Shown here piece after piece: positions 1 through 12,000 of a stretch of 64,000 nucleotides of DNA. A program made the position numbers and the translations under genes. The notes below the pieces were generated by a model, which had not been told where the DNA came from, did not search any database, and saw only the letters and a program-made list of their open reading frames with translations. The number at the start of each line of letters is the position of its first letter. Within the stretch, counting starts at the first letter, position 1. The stretch spans positions 1 to 64,000 of the forward strand of contig QPMI01000163.1 in NCBI GenBank assembly GCA_004431415.1. The letters are read 5' to 3'. Source of the stretch: Cyanophora paradoxa CCMP329 (lineage: Eukaryota > Plantae > Glaucophyta).

Positions 1-13
1 GGGGGCGGGGCAG

Positions 14-382
14 GGCCCGCTGTGGAGCGCGGGGGAGCTGGCGGAGCAGACGCGGTGCGACCACGGCTACTCGCGCGCCTCCCCGGCGGTGGCCTTCCTC
101 TTCGAGGTCCTCTGCGAGTTCTCCCCCGCCCAGCAGCGCGCCTTCCTCAAGTTCATCACCGGCTCCCCGCGCCTCCCCGTCGGCGGCCTCCGCGGCCTCC
201 GCCCCCGCCTCACCGTCGTCCGCAAGCAGTGCGAGGGGGGCGCCTCCCCCGACGACTACCTCCCGTCGGTGATGACGTGCGTGAACTACCTGAAGCTGCC
301 CGAGTACAGCTCCAAGGCCGCCTGCCGCCGCAAGCTCCTCCAGGCCATCGCCGACGGCCAGGCCTCCTTCGACCTCTCCTAA
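14..382 (+). CDS. 3' terminal exon of a HECT E3 ubiquitin ligase (TRIP12/UFD4/UPL3 type); gene starts upstream of window
   Basis: Translation DHGY...[20 protein letters not shown]...LTVVRK...[21 protein letters not shown]...GQASFDLS* is the HECT C-lobe with catalytic Cys; CAG acceptor ends at 13. Confidence 0.93.
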   Translation, partial: GPLWSAGELAEQTRCDHGYSRASPAVAFLFEVLCEFSPAQQRAFLKFITGSPRLPVGGLRGLRPRLTVVRKQCEGGASPDDYLPSVMTCVNYLKLPEYSSKAACRRKLLQAIADGQASFDLS

Positions 383-736
383 CCCCGCCCCGCACCCGCA
401 CCCGCCCCCGCCCCAGCCCGCCCCGCCCCGTCCCCTGTACGTGTACCCTAGATATAGCTATCCAGTCCTCCGAACACGACCACCGCGATCCCAGCGCCCG
501 GGATCCAGCCATCGGCACCGCGCCCGCGCTTCGAAAGGGCGTGCGTTGCGTAGCGAGAGGAAAGGGACGGGACTTGGATCGATCAGTTATCAGATACAGG
601 TATGGTGTACCGCATAAAATACTGCGAGATGCGCGCTGAAACTGCTTGCTAGCGCTGCTGATCCTATTGAAGCTACGTATACGTGCACGGTCCTATATGA
701 AGCTGGTCGACGGCGGCGCGGGGGGCCACGCGGGGC

Positions 737-2030
737 TCAGCGGAAGGCCAGCCCCGGGCCGGCCAGCGCCGCGAGCGCCTGCGCCGCCTCCGCTTCCCGC
801 GCCGCGTCCGCCGCCATCGGCCCGTGCGGCTCGTCTGCCCGACGTCAGCACCCCGCCGGGCCCCGCGGCACCTCCCCGTCGGCGCGGCGCACCGAGGCCG
901 TAGATGCGGGGGAGGAGCTCGCCGCAGTAGAAGGGGTGCGGGCGGGGGCCGCCGTGGAAAGGTGGGAGCACCGGGGTGGCCCCCGCGGGGCGCGCCGGGG
1001 GCGCCGCGGCGGGCTCGTACCCCTGGAAGGGCTCGGGCTTGACGGGGCTCCAGCTGCGCGCGTACGCGGGGCCCGGCTGCGGCGAGGGCGTCTCCTCATG
1101 GGGCCCCGGCGTCCCCGCCTGCTCGTCCTCCGACCCCGACCCGCTCGACGAGGCCGAGGCGGCGGCGGCGAGGCGGCGGCCCCCCGAGCCCTTCCTCCTC
1201 AGCGCGCTGTTCCACCGGTTCTTGATGTTGTTGTCCGACCGCCCCGGCATCCGCCTGCTGATCTCCGCCCACTGCGAGCGCGCTCAGGGCGGGGCGAGCC
1301 TGAGGCGCGAGGCGCCGGCGAGCGCACTTTGTTCCCGAATTGCGCGTGGAGGGCGATGAGCAGGCGGTCTTCCTCTGCGGGCGCGTCGGTGCGCGATTAA
1401 GGGAGAGTGCGAAGCCAGGACCCACCGGCGGTCCATGCCGTCTTCGAGATGTCGGGGCTGCGTGGGGGGGCGTGACTCGTGAGCGAGGAAGTGCAGCAGC
1501 AGCGGTCGGCGGTGACGGCCACCTCAGGTGGTTCAAGAAGCGCTCCCGTGCTTGCTTCCCTGCAAAGAGCTTTGGCACGAGCACTGCGGCGCTGCAAGCA
1601 GTAACCGACCTGTCCGTTGCGTGCCGATGTGCTTCTCGAGCTCGCTGGCAACCACACACCTGCGCAGGTCCAGTCAGAGACTCGGCGAGGAAACGATGAG
1701 TGCTTCTGCGCGCTTAGACTACGCGCGCAAACGGAATGCCAGATTCCCGCGGCGTGAACGGTCGAACTAGAAGATGACGTAGGCTCCAAGGGGTCAAAGA
1801 GCGCGCTCACCAGGACTTTGTCCCAAGACGGTAAACGAGATCAAAGAGGAGGTTGTCTTCTTCGGGACTCCTGCAGGCGCCGGAATGAGCGAAAGATTCC
1901 CCCGTGACCCAAGCGCCGCGCGATCCCGCGCGCGCCCTCCGGCCACCGGAACGCACCAGCCGACCTTGACACGACGCACAGGAGCCTTTACGCTCTGTCT
2001 GACGCGGGAAGCGCGCGTGTGGTGTTCCAT
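737..2030 (-). CDS. R2R3-type Myb transcription factor (spliced, ~8 exons)
   Basis: Spliced model MEHHTR...KVGW|SPEEDNLLFDLVYRLGTKSW|CVVASELE...RTG|KQARERFLNHLS|PDISKTAWTAE|EDRLLIALHAQFGNK|WAEISRRMPGRSDNNIKNRWNS; GT-AG introns. Confidence 0.88.
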
Positions 2031-2033
2031 CCT

Positions 2034-2438
2034 GTCCTCGTGCGAAACCACTTCGATTCGGAGGTCTCAAAGTTGGACTTTATCCCTTGCGCGGGAGCCG
2101 AGATCTGCTGCGGATGGACGTGGAGAAGCGTAAGAGGGCGTCCCGCAGAGGCAGATAACGGAAGTGGCGAAACGGGCGCTCGCATATGCATGCTCGCGTC
2201 TTCGGCCGTTTCGGTGCCGGGCGGGACGCACCGGCGAGGAGCGGCCGCGGCTGCAGCAGGACCCGAGGACCGAGGCCGAGGGAAGGATGCTTTCCGCGAG
2301 CGCAAACGCAAGGCTGCAGCTGGGGAGGCGTTGAGGCGTTGAGGCGTTGAGGCGTTGGAAGCGGGGATTCGGGAAGGCTTGAAGGGCTCCGACTTCAAGC
2401 CTTGCGAGGTCCGAACCCCCCCCCCCCCCCCTCGCGAT
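2034..2438. repeat. ~400-bp repeat R, left copy, directly upstream of the Myb ATG
   Basis: Reverse-complement match to 31614-32001; partial direct copy at 8728-8988. Contains 4x 8-mer GAGGCGTT, an 11-bp perfect hairpin AAGGCTTGAAG/CTTCAAGCCTT (2374-2403) and a poly-C run. Confidence 0.85.
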
Positions 2439-2451
2439 TCCAAGGTTAACG

Positions 2452-2456
2452 TACTA
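2452..2456. mobile_element. Probable transposon excision footprint TA-C-TA
   Basis: Copy 1 reads gttaacg TA C TA cgtaaacag where copy 2 reads gttaacg TA [GAG...16.3 kb...CTC] TA cggtaaacag. Confidence 0.7.
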
Positions 2457-3036
2457 CGTAAACAGCGCCTATTAAATTGGGTAAGTTGAGTGCAGCTTGA
2501 GCTTTCATGCTGGAGTGACGCGATGTTCAGACGTTTTTTTGCAGGCGCGCGCGTACCGGTACCGCGGCGTACGTACGTCTCGGAAGATGAAATTAAACAG
2601 CTAGAGCCTATATGATATATATAGTTATAGCTATAGCTAGAGCTTAAAATTAAATCTTGCGTGCATATATATACAATAATTATATACTTAAAGGCGCTTT
2701 TTATAATTGATTCGTGCGTTTTTAATTCAAAGAAAATTCGGTCGGAAATCTGACCTTTTCAGACCTTTCGGGTTCGCACGTGCTAGTAATAGCTACCAGG
2801 TACCGGTGAAGCTTTCAAGTTTCCGGATCACGATCGCGATCGAGCGCGATCGCGAGCGTTAACCGTTAGATCGGAGACTGCAGCCTCGTGCACGATCATG
2901 ATGACAGCAGCAGCGGACTCGTGCACGATCAGCCTGCAGCCTGCAGGCTGCAGGCCGCAGTGCAGGCTAGCGCTATAGCGGCGCCCTCGTGCATGATCAT
3001 GATCATGATCACTGCAGCGGACGCTATCTTAGCTAG

Positions 3037-6000
3037 CTAGACGAGGAAGGTGCGGACGCCGGGCGGGGGCGCGTCGGGCGGCTCCTCGGGGGCGTGCCGC
3101 TGCAGCTCGAGCAGCGCCGCCGTCTGCTCGAGCAGCGTCACTGCGTCCCTCGCCCTCCCCTTGGCCCCCGGCGGCGGGGGTGGCGCCCCGCCCGTCGGCT
3201 TGAGCAGCTCGACCTCGGGCGCTGCGCGCTCCTGCTCGGGCCGCTCGCGACGCTCGGGCGCGCGCGGGGCGCCCTGCTTGGCGGGGAGCTTGAGCTTGGA
3301 GACCGTGGGGCGCGCGGTGCGGGCGCCCCCGCCGGCGTGGCCGCGCCTCAGGGCGCGGTAGAGGTCCTCGGCGCGGGCCTGGGGCGCGGCAGGCGTGAGG
3401 CGCGCGGGGCGGGGCGGGGCGGGGCGGCGGGGCGCGGGGGCGGGCCTCCCAGACGCTCGTGATGCCTTTGGAGACGGCGCTCGCCATCTCCACGATCTGC
3501 GCCCCCGCCGGGTCACACCGGCCGCCCCGCCCCGGCGTCCCCGCACCGCGCACCTTGGCGGTAACGGAGGAGCGGCGGGGGCGGGGGCGGCGGCCGGTGG
3601 CGGGGCTCGGGGAGCCACCCTCGCTCCCCTCGCTTCGTGCCGTCGAGCGCCCCGAGCGCGCCGTCGAGCGGCCGGTGCGGGCCGTCGGCGGCCCCGAGGC
3701 GGCCCCGAGCGCGCGAGGGGGATCTCGACGCTGAGGCGCAGCGAGTGGCGCCGCCCCGCCGGCTCCTCGCTGCGGCTGCGCCGGCGCTGCAGCAGGGCGC
3801 TCCCCGCCGCCTCCCCATCGCCGCCCTCTGGCTCCTCGGCGGCGATACTGACGCGGCGGCGGCCGTGCGGCTGGCCGGCGAGCTCGGGGCGCCCAGGGGC
3901 AGAGGGTGCGCCACCGAGGAGCGCCGGGGGGGCGCTGGGCGTGGGGGAGCCCTCGGGGAGGCCGAGCCGGCGTTCGCGGCGAGGAGGCTCGCGCGGCGAA
4001 AGGTGCGCCCCGCGGGGCCGTGCAGCGCGTCCGCCGAGCGCTCCCGCTTGCGCCGCTCCTTCGCCACCAGCCGCGCCAGGCCGGCCCCGCGCCGCGCCCA
4101 CCGCCCGCCCCCTCCTCCTCCTCCTCCTCGCTCTCGCTCTCGCTCTCCGCCGCTGCCGTCACCGCCGGCGCCAGCGCACGCCACAGCGCTGCCCGCTCCG
4201 CCGCCGCCGCCTCCGCCACTCGCCGCCCTCGGCCGCCGCCGCCTCCGCAGCGGCGGCGGCGGCGGCGGCCTTTGCCTTGGCGTCGGCCTCGGCTGCGGCG
4301 GCGTCGGCGGCGCGCTCGGCGTTGGCGGCTCGGTAGAGGCGCGTCGCGGAAAGGAGGCGGGAGGCGAGGAGGAGGGCGGGACCGGCCCCGCGAGCCCCCG
4401 CACCGCCCCGAGCAGCGCCGGCGCCCCAACGGGGGCCGGGGCGGCCTCAGGGGCGGCGGGGGTGGGGGAGGCCGCGCGGGCGGCGTCGAAGGCGGCTGCG
4501 AGGAAGAGGCCGACGTCGCGCACGTCCTCCTCGGGCCGCGGGCCCGCCCGCCGCCCCCGCCGCCCCTCCGCGAACCACCGGCACACGAGCAGCACGTGCC
4601 AGAGCTCCCCCAGCAGCGGGCCCGGGCCCGTCGCCCACTCCGCCTGCTCCGCCGCCGCCGCCATGCGCGCCGCGATCGCCGTCTCGCTCGTGTGGCGGAG
4701 GCCGAGGGTGAGGGGCGGGGGCGGGGGCGGCAGCGTGTGGAGCGGGGCGCGGGTGGCGAGGCGGAGGGACTCGACGAGGCGGGCGGCGGCGGGGGCGAGG
4801 CGCTCGGCGGCCTCGCGGGCGCGCTGCGGGAGGTTTGCCGCCGCGCGCCACTGCCGCTCCAGCGCCGCCACCTGCGCCCGCTCCTCCGCCCCTGCCCGTG
4901 CCCCTCCTCCTCCTTCTCCGTCTCCTTGGCCGCCGGCGCGGCGCCCCCCTCGAGGGCTCGGGCCCCGCGGGGCGCGCCAAGTGCACGTAGGCGAGGCTCG
5001 GCGCCGACGCCGCCGGGCGCAGCGCGCGGGAGGAGGAGGCCGCCGCCGCCGGCCCCCCGCCGCCCCGGCGAGCTGCGGGGCGGACGGGGCGGCAGCGAGG
5101 CCCCGGGCGGGAGTCACGGGCGGGCGCCCGCTGCAAGAGGTCGTGAGCGCACGAGGGCGTGCGGGGGCGGGACGGCCGCACTGTGGGGGGCGAGGGAGGT
5201 GCCCGAGGCGGAGCGGGGCGGGCGGCGCGCGGCGTCGGGCCCCGGAAAAGATGAGCAGGGGCGGGGCGGGATCCGCGTCGGCGGGGCGCCCCGGGGCGGG
5301 AGGCAGCCGCCGCGCTCGAGGACGGCCGCCGCGCCGCCGGCCCGCGCCAGCAGCTGCGCCCGCCCCGACTGCCGCCCCGTCCCCGCCGAGAGCGGCCGTA
5401 TCACCGGCCCCGGCGCCGGCGGGGCGAGGGCTGGCCGCGCGACGGCGCTGCCGGGGCGGTTCGTTCGGGGGCACTCCCCGGGCGGTGCGTGCCGGCGGAC
5501 CGGGGCCGGGCGGAGGAGGGGCGGTAGAGGGGGTGCCGGGGCGCGGGGCGAGCGGGGCGGGGAGCTGGGCGGGGTGGCCGCGAGGGAGGCGGCGAGGGTG
5601 GCGGGGGCCGGCCCTTGGCGGGGGGCGCGATGGCGGGCGGGAGGGGCAGCTTCAGCTTGAAGCCGGCGGCCGCTGCGGGGCGCGTGAGGGGCGCGGGGCG
5701 GCGGGGCGGGCGGGGGCGGCAGGCGGCACCGGATGCGACCTTCTGGCCGGGGAGGGCGTGCGGCCCGAGAGGCGACGGGGCCTCCCCCGCCACGGCGCCC
5801 CCGGCCCCTGCCGCCCCCATGCCGTCAGAGAGCGGGCGACGGGATCAGGGAAGCGGGGGCGCACAGAAGCAGCGGAGCGGGGTGCCGGCGGGAGCGCTCC
5901 CCGGGGGAGCGGGGGCGCTGGGGGCCGGTGTTGCGGCGAGGCGGTCGGCGGCGGCGGCGAGGAGGCGGAGGCGGGCGGGGTCGGGCGCTGCGCCGGCCCC

Positions 6001-7137
6001 CGCCACAAGGGAGGCGCGCTTGGAGGCGACGCGGCTGAGGCCCCGGCTCGGGCCCTCCGCCCCCTCCTTCGGCGAGGCCTCCCCCCGCGGCGCCGGCGGC
6101 GGCGGGGCGGGGGCGGGGCGGCGGCGCGGGCGCGGGCGGCCTCCTTCAGGCGGCGCCGCAGGACGGTGGCGGCCTCGCCGGCGGCGACCTCTGCGGGGCG
6201 GGGGCGTGAGGGGCGGGGCCGGGGAGGCGCGAGGGGGCGGGGCGGGGCGGGGCGGACCCTCGAGGGCGCGGTAGCGGAGGCGGCGGCGGGTGCCGCGGGG
6301 CCCGACCTCGAGGTACGTGATCCGCTCGAAGACGATCTCGAGGACGCGCGCGTACTCCCCCGCCGTCACCTCCCCGGCCCAGGCGTCCGCCATCTCGAAG
6401 AGGCTCAGGCGGAAGCGGTCGGCGTTGAGCTCATCGTGCGCCCCGCTGTCCAGCTCCCAGTCCTCCTCGGCCACCGCCGCCGCCCGCGCCGCGTCGAAGT
6501 GCCTGCACGCCTGGTCAGCGAGGCCCCGAACTTTCAGAACACAACCGAGCGCGCTTGTTCAGCGCCTTGTAAAGCAGGTTATGGAACTTGAGGTACTCCG
6601 CCTTGCTCACGCGCCCCAGCCCCTCCTCGTCCGTCACGCGCCAGAACCGGCTCAGGATGCCGGCGATGCCCGGATCAAATCTGATCGACTCGCGGAGGAG
6701 CAGGTCCTTCTGCGTATAGACCCACTCGGAGCGCTGCCGGCCCCGTTCGTAGTAGCGCCGCAGCTCCTCCAGCAGCGTCGGCAGCTGCGGCGCCCCGTCG
6801 TGAGCCCCGGCCCGCCCCGCCGCACACTCCAGGCGAGAGGCGCGCCTCCTTCCCAGGCTCCGCGGGCAGGCTCCGCGCCCGCCGCCGCGGCTTCCGCGCG
6901 CCATCCCTTGTCCTGGCCGAGCGCGGCGCCGCCGCCTCCACGAGCCGATTGAGGTCCTTCTCCGACGCGCTCCGCTGCAGCGGGTGGTACCTGCAACGCC
7001 GCCCTCAGCCCCGGCCCGGGGGGGCCGGGGCGAGCGCAGACGCACCGGCTAAAGGAGAAGTTCTGCGACCGCAGCCGAGCGAGGAGGCGGATGTCCTGCT
7101 TTCCCAGCGAGCCGAGGGAAAACCGCCGCAGCGTCAT
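3037..7137 (-). CDS. Uncharacterised protein with N-terminal EF-hand-like domain and long low-complexity C-terminus (spliced), copy 1
   Basis: ESIRFDPGIAGILSRFWRVTDEEGLGRVSKAEYLKFHNLLYKALNK|HFDAARAAAVAEEDWELDS...FRLSLFEMADAW resembles a protist EF-hand family (DxxGxGxVSKxEY; AEEDW-x-D; LFELAD-x-W); C-terminal exons approximate. Confidence 0.65.
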
Positions 7138-7581
7138 GGCGGCAAGCTAGCAAGCAGATCTAGAATGAATTGCAGTCGTTGACTGAGGCCAATAGCGCTA
7201 CTGGACGCATGGTTGGGAAGCAGACATGCGGCCCGCTGAACTCAAGTCTCAAGGGGCCGGCTCAGGTCAACAAGCTTAGCTATGGCCAAATCTCGTCAAG
7301 GAAGTGCAAGGCTGGCGCCCGGTGCTATCGCTGCTCCTCAAACTGCGAACGAAGCTGCTCTTCGGGCTGGGGTACCGCACGGCGCAGCTCAGCTGTTTGT
7401 TGTTTAGTCTTCGATTCAGCGCAGCTAGGCCGCAGCTAGACGCGTCGCAGGCCGTGTCACGATGCAGCATAGCCCCGACACGTGCGCCGCATTCGCCGGC
7501 GTCGGCGCGCTGAACCCGGCACGCGCGCCGACGAGCTCCGAGCCTGCGCCGCGATCCATCTGCAGCGTCGCTCCACGCGCC

Positions 7582-8601
7582 ATGGCCAGCGCGGCACCGT
7601 CAGCAGCGCGGGGTTTCATCGCCCTGCGGGTCGCGCCGCGAGTCGCGCCGCGAGTCGTGCGGCCCGTACGAGTACCGACCCGTTTCCAATGGTGGCATCA
7701 AGAGCGGTCGAGCACCCGCCGGTCGTGTCGCTGCGGGCAAGAAGCGGCGGCGACGGGGCGCTGCAGGGCGGGTCCGGCGCCGGGGCCAAGCGGCGTGCCG
7801 GACGCGCTGCGGGAAGTGGTGGAAGTCAGCGACGAGGAGGGTTTCCGCCTGGGGCTCGCCCCGCTGCCGTGCACGGTCGAGCGGGAGGTGCCCGCCCAGG
7901 CGCTCGCCCCGGAGCTTGGCGCGGAGGCGCGCTTCGTGCTGCTGCGGCCCGTCTCGCGGGTCGCCGAGGTCTACGCCCTCCTCGGGGGCGACGAGGGCGA
8001 CGCCGAGCTCGTCGACGGTCCGCCCCGCCCACCCTGCCCCCTGCCCCTGCCCCTGCCTGGCCGCGCCGGCCGACGCAGGGGGCGGCAGTGGCGGACGAGC
8101 TGATGGGCGAGATCGCGCCGCTGGCGAACGCCGTCCTCTGGGCGCGTCACGGCGCCCGCTTCGCCCGCACCGCCATCGTCCCCACCATCCTCGGCCCGCC
8201 CCCGCGCCCCGCCCGGCCCCGCGCAGCGTCGCGAACTGCGGCAGCTGAGGCGGGGGGGCGCAGGGCGGCTGGGGCGCGGGGCGGGGGGCCGGGTGCTGGC
8301 GGAGGGCGGGGCGGGGGACGGGGAGGAGCACGCGCACGTGGCGAGCTTCGAGCACTCCGTCTCCGGCGTGCACGTGGCGCGTCCCCTGCCGGGCCGAGCC
8401 GGCGGCTGCGGGGCTAATTACGAGCAGCCGGGGGACGATGGCCAGCCGATGGAGGTCCACGTCCTCGCGCCCCTCGCCGCCCCCTGGCTCTACGGCGCCC
8501 GGCCCCGCCCCGGCGGCCCCGTCCGCCTCCTCAGCCCCGCCGAGTACCGCGCCCACGGCCCCGCCCTCGAGGCGCACCTCTTTCCCCCGCCGGACGCCTG
8601 A
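7582..8601 (+). CDS. DUF3727-family protein of cyanobacterial type with putative plastid transit peptide, copy 1
   Basis: VSDEEG..LPCTVERE..FVLLRPV..EVYA..ANAVL..ARTAIVPTILG..HVASFEH..LAPLAAP..RLLSPAEY..GPALEAHL matches recalled DUF3727 motifs; Ser/Ala/Arg-rich N-terminus MASAAPSAARGFIALR. Confidence 0.75.
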
Positions 8602-9003
8602 GGCCTGGCCGGGGGGCCTCGGAGGGCCCCGCGCCTGCCCCAACGCCTCACCGCCACCCCCATGGCCCGCTGCAGCTGAGCGTCGCGTCACTCCGGCATG
8701 GACCCCCAAGCGCTTCCAACAGCATATGCGCTCGCATATGCATGCTCGCGTCTTCGGCCGTTTCGGTGCCGGGCGGGACGCACCGGCGAGGAGCGGCCGC
8801 GGCTGCAGCAGGACCCGAGGACCGAGGCCGAGGGAAGGATGCTTTCCGCGAGCGCAAACGCAAGGCTGCAGCTGGGGAGGCGTTGAGGCGTTGAGGCGTT
8901 GAGGCGTTGGAAGCGGGGATTCGGGAAGGCTTGAAGGGCTCCGACTTCAAGCCTTGCGAGGTCCGAACCCCCCCCCCCCCCTCGCGATTCCAAGGTTAAC
9001 GTA

Positions 9004-12000
9004 GAGCCTTCTCATCGCTTCGGCGATCGCTAGGCCCTGGTACCGAGTACTCCGGGGCGATCGCTAGCGCGAACCGTCGGACGACGGACGCGGCGCCGGC
9101 GATCGCTTGAAAAAGGCCCCGGCCCGATCCGAGCCCATGGCCGGCGGGCATAGTGAACATAGTGCCAAAACGTCGCCCCGAAATCACGGTTTTTAGAAGG
9201 ATCGGAAGAAAGCGCGCCCAGGCAGGTCCGAGGGGCGGTTCCGGGACGGACCTACTGGCTCAGAGCTGCTTGCGCTGGGCCCGCCGGGCGACGCCATAGT
9301 TGAGAGCTCGAGTCCCTGCGTGCCGCCTTACAGCTGCCGAGGATGGGGCGACGGCTGCAGAATTCGAAGATGAGTACCTCGGACAAGCGAAAGCGTGTAG
9401 CTAGCGCGCCGCCGGCGCCGCGGGTGAGCCGATGAAGCAAGCGATGTGTACTCCTCGCGTGCACGGGCGCGGCGAAGACGCCTGCGGGGCGGGCGTGGCG
9501 CCGCGGGGCTGAGCACGGCGTGCGCGCGGACAGTGCGCATGCGCAGCGGACGGAATTCGCGCGCTGCATGCATGGCCGGGCGCGCGGAAGTTCCTTTTTT
9601 TTCCTATTCTTCCCCCTGCGCTTCTCCCCCCTGTTCATTCCCCCTAAGCTAGCCACCGGTGGCTAACTTGCGATCGAAGGGTACAGAGTTCGGCCTCGTG
9701 AAATTGATCTCATACAAAACCAACGATGTCGTAGAACCCTAGACTATAGCTGCATGCGGAATCAGGCTATCTGCAGTCCTACAAAAGCCTTGCACAGCTG
9801 CAGTAGCCCTTTTGCCTGCTCTTCGTTCGCGAAGATGTCAGGACGCCCCGCGCGGGGCGCGCGGAACCACTCTGTGGACGCGACCACAAATGGTGCGCAT
9901 GCTGTCGGATCGCGCAGGTGGTGGCCACTGCACACCACCCGACCCCAGCGCGCGCAGGGAGAACAGGACCTCCAGGACCCGGTCGACCCAACACTTCGCT
10001 TTGAATGTAGACCCGGCGGTCGTGCCCAGCCCGTTGTTACTTTTGCGAGCGTCTCGACTCGAGCGCCACCTAACAGCATATTGAGAGCAGAATCGCAAGA
10101 TAAGTTGCAGTAAGAAACGCACCGAGCTCAAGAATTGCAATTGCTTCAAAGCATTGAGCTCGTCCAGGGTCCGATCCCGGCAGTCAGGGGCGGGAGCTCG
10201 ACGCTGGCGGCCGGCTCGTCGTCGTCGAAGAGGGGCCGCCTGTGTAGGGCGGCCCAGCCCCTGGCGCCCTGTGAACGAAGAAGCAAAGGAGAGAGCCGCT
10301 CAGGACTCGGAAAGTAAAGAAGCTCAGAGGAAAGACGCTCGCCTTGTCGGAGTCCCGCCCCTCCCCCGCACCCCGGAGTCGGGCTTGACGTTGTAGTTCT
10401 CGAGGAGGGGGCGGACGGCGCCGGGGTACATGAGGACCGCCTGCCGCAGGAGGGCGGCGGCAAGGGCCGCGGCAGAGGGCGGGGCGGCGCCGGCGAGGCG
10501 GGGTCCAGCGTGTGCGAGAAGAGGCGCCGGAGGACCTGCCGCGCTTCAGTCTTAGAGGAGATTCGGAGGGGCGCAGGGCACCGGCTCGTCGACGGGCGCG
10601 GCGCCGCCGTCCCGCGCCACGCGCATGAGCGCGTACGCTGCGAGCCCGGCTCGGCGCCAGGAAAAAAGGGGGGAGAGGCTAAGTGGGGGTACCCGAGGAG
10701 TTGAGGGCGATGGGGAGGAAGAGGGGCGGCTCCCGCCTCGAGAGGGGCGGCTCCCGCACGAACGAGGCGGAGCGCCCGGGGAGCGCCGGCGCCGCCACCA
10801 GCTCCAGAAGGAACTTGTACTCCCTGAAGAAAAATGAGGTGGGGGGGGGGAAGTTGGGGGGGGGAAGGTTATGGGGTACCTGGCGCGGAGGGCGAAGTAG
10901 TCGATGCACTGGAGCACCCCCATCAGGTCACTGTCGGGGTCCAGCGCAAGCAGCAGCTTGGCCGTCTCTGGAGGTACGACGTTCGGTTCGAATCCGAGTA
11001 GGGGGGAAGCGGTCGAGGGGTACCGAGGGAGGTGCGGGAGCAGCCGCCGCGAATGAGCATCTGCAGGCGCCGGAAGACCAGGCCCTGGGGGGTGGCGGGG
11101 TGAGTCCGGAGGAGGGTACAGGTTATCCTCGGGGGTACAACGGGTTCTCTGCGCACTTGTTCTCCATGACTGCGAAGTCAAGGCGGCAGGCGCCGCTCGC
11201 CGGCTTGAACTGCGGGTGCCTGCCGGGGACGGAGCTCAAAACCAAGTGAACGAACTGCGGCGCAACGCATCCTCCACCCCGCCGCGCCCGTGCCCGCGCC
11301 CCGCCCCGCACCAGGCTGCCTCGAGGCAGTAGAGGGCGCGGTCGAGGAGCTCGGTCGCCGCGTCCAGCTCGCCGCTGTACTTGTAGATCTGAGGCCGGCC
11401 CGCCGGCTTCAGGCCCCCGGGCCAGGCTTCGTGTGCTCGGGGGTTCGTGTGCTCGGGGGAGGGGCGGGCCCGGGGCCCGGGGCAGGGCCGGGGGAGGGCG
11501 GGGCCAGGGGAGGGCGGGCCGGGGCCCGGGCGGGCGGGGGAGGGGCACGCCCGGGCCCGGGGCGGGGCCGGGGGAGGGGCGGGGCCGGGGGGAGAGGCGG
11601 GGCTGGGGAGAGGGGCGGGGCCGGGGGAGGGGCGGGGCCGGGGGAGGCGGAAGGGCGGGGGCGGGGCCCTCCGAAGAGGGCTGGGAGAGGGGAAGGAGGT
11701 CCACGTCCTCTCTTCCCCCCGAAGAGGGCACTCCGGGGGTAGGGAGGTCCGCCTCCTCTCTCCGGGGGTCAGCATGCTGCGGAGACGGGCATAAGACACC
11801 GAAAACCAGCGATCGCTTGGCCAATGAGAAGGCTGTGGACGTCAAGCCCGCGGCGACCGTTAGAACTGAGAACACAGAAGCGATCGCCGGCCCAGCAGCT
11901 CTTTGTTAGAGATCGGATCCGCTGGGTATGGCGCCGAACACAAAGCGATCGCCGAGCAATGAGAAGGCTCTATGCGCGGGGCAGAGATGTAGCGATCGCA

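Larger units (their letters stand above)
2176..8723. repeat. Tandem segmental duplication, copy 1 (~6.55 kb)
   Basis: Near-identical to 8728-9003 plus 25319-31567; differences are homopolymer indels and one 8-bp indel (25708-25715). Confidence 0.95.

Noticed and set aside
2317-2358. Telomere-like repeat (GAGGCGTT)n
   Set aside because: Only 3-4 copies inside repeat R, with no match to a telomere motif I recognise
3637-6591. 984-aa and other long Arg/Gly/Pro/Ala-rich ORFs in the track
   Set aside because: Antisense or off-frame shadows of GC-rich spliced genes; stop codons are scarce at this GC content and no motifs are present
9020-9110. GCGATCGC equals cyanobacterial HIP1, suggesting cyanobacterial DNA
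   Set aside because: Confined to element ends and scattered host intergenic DNA; cargo is eukaryotic with introns, so coincidence cannot be excluded
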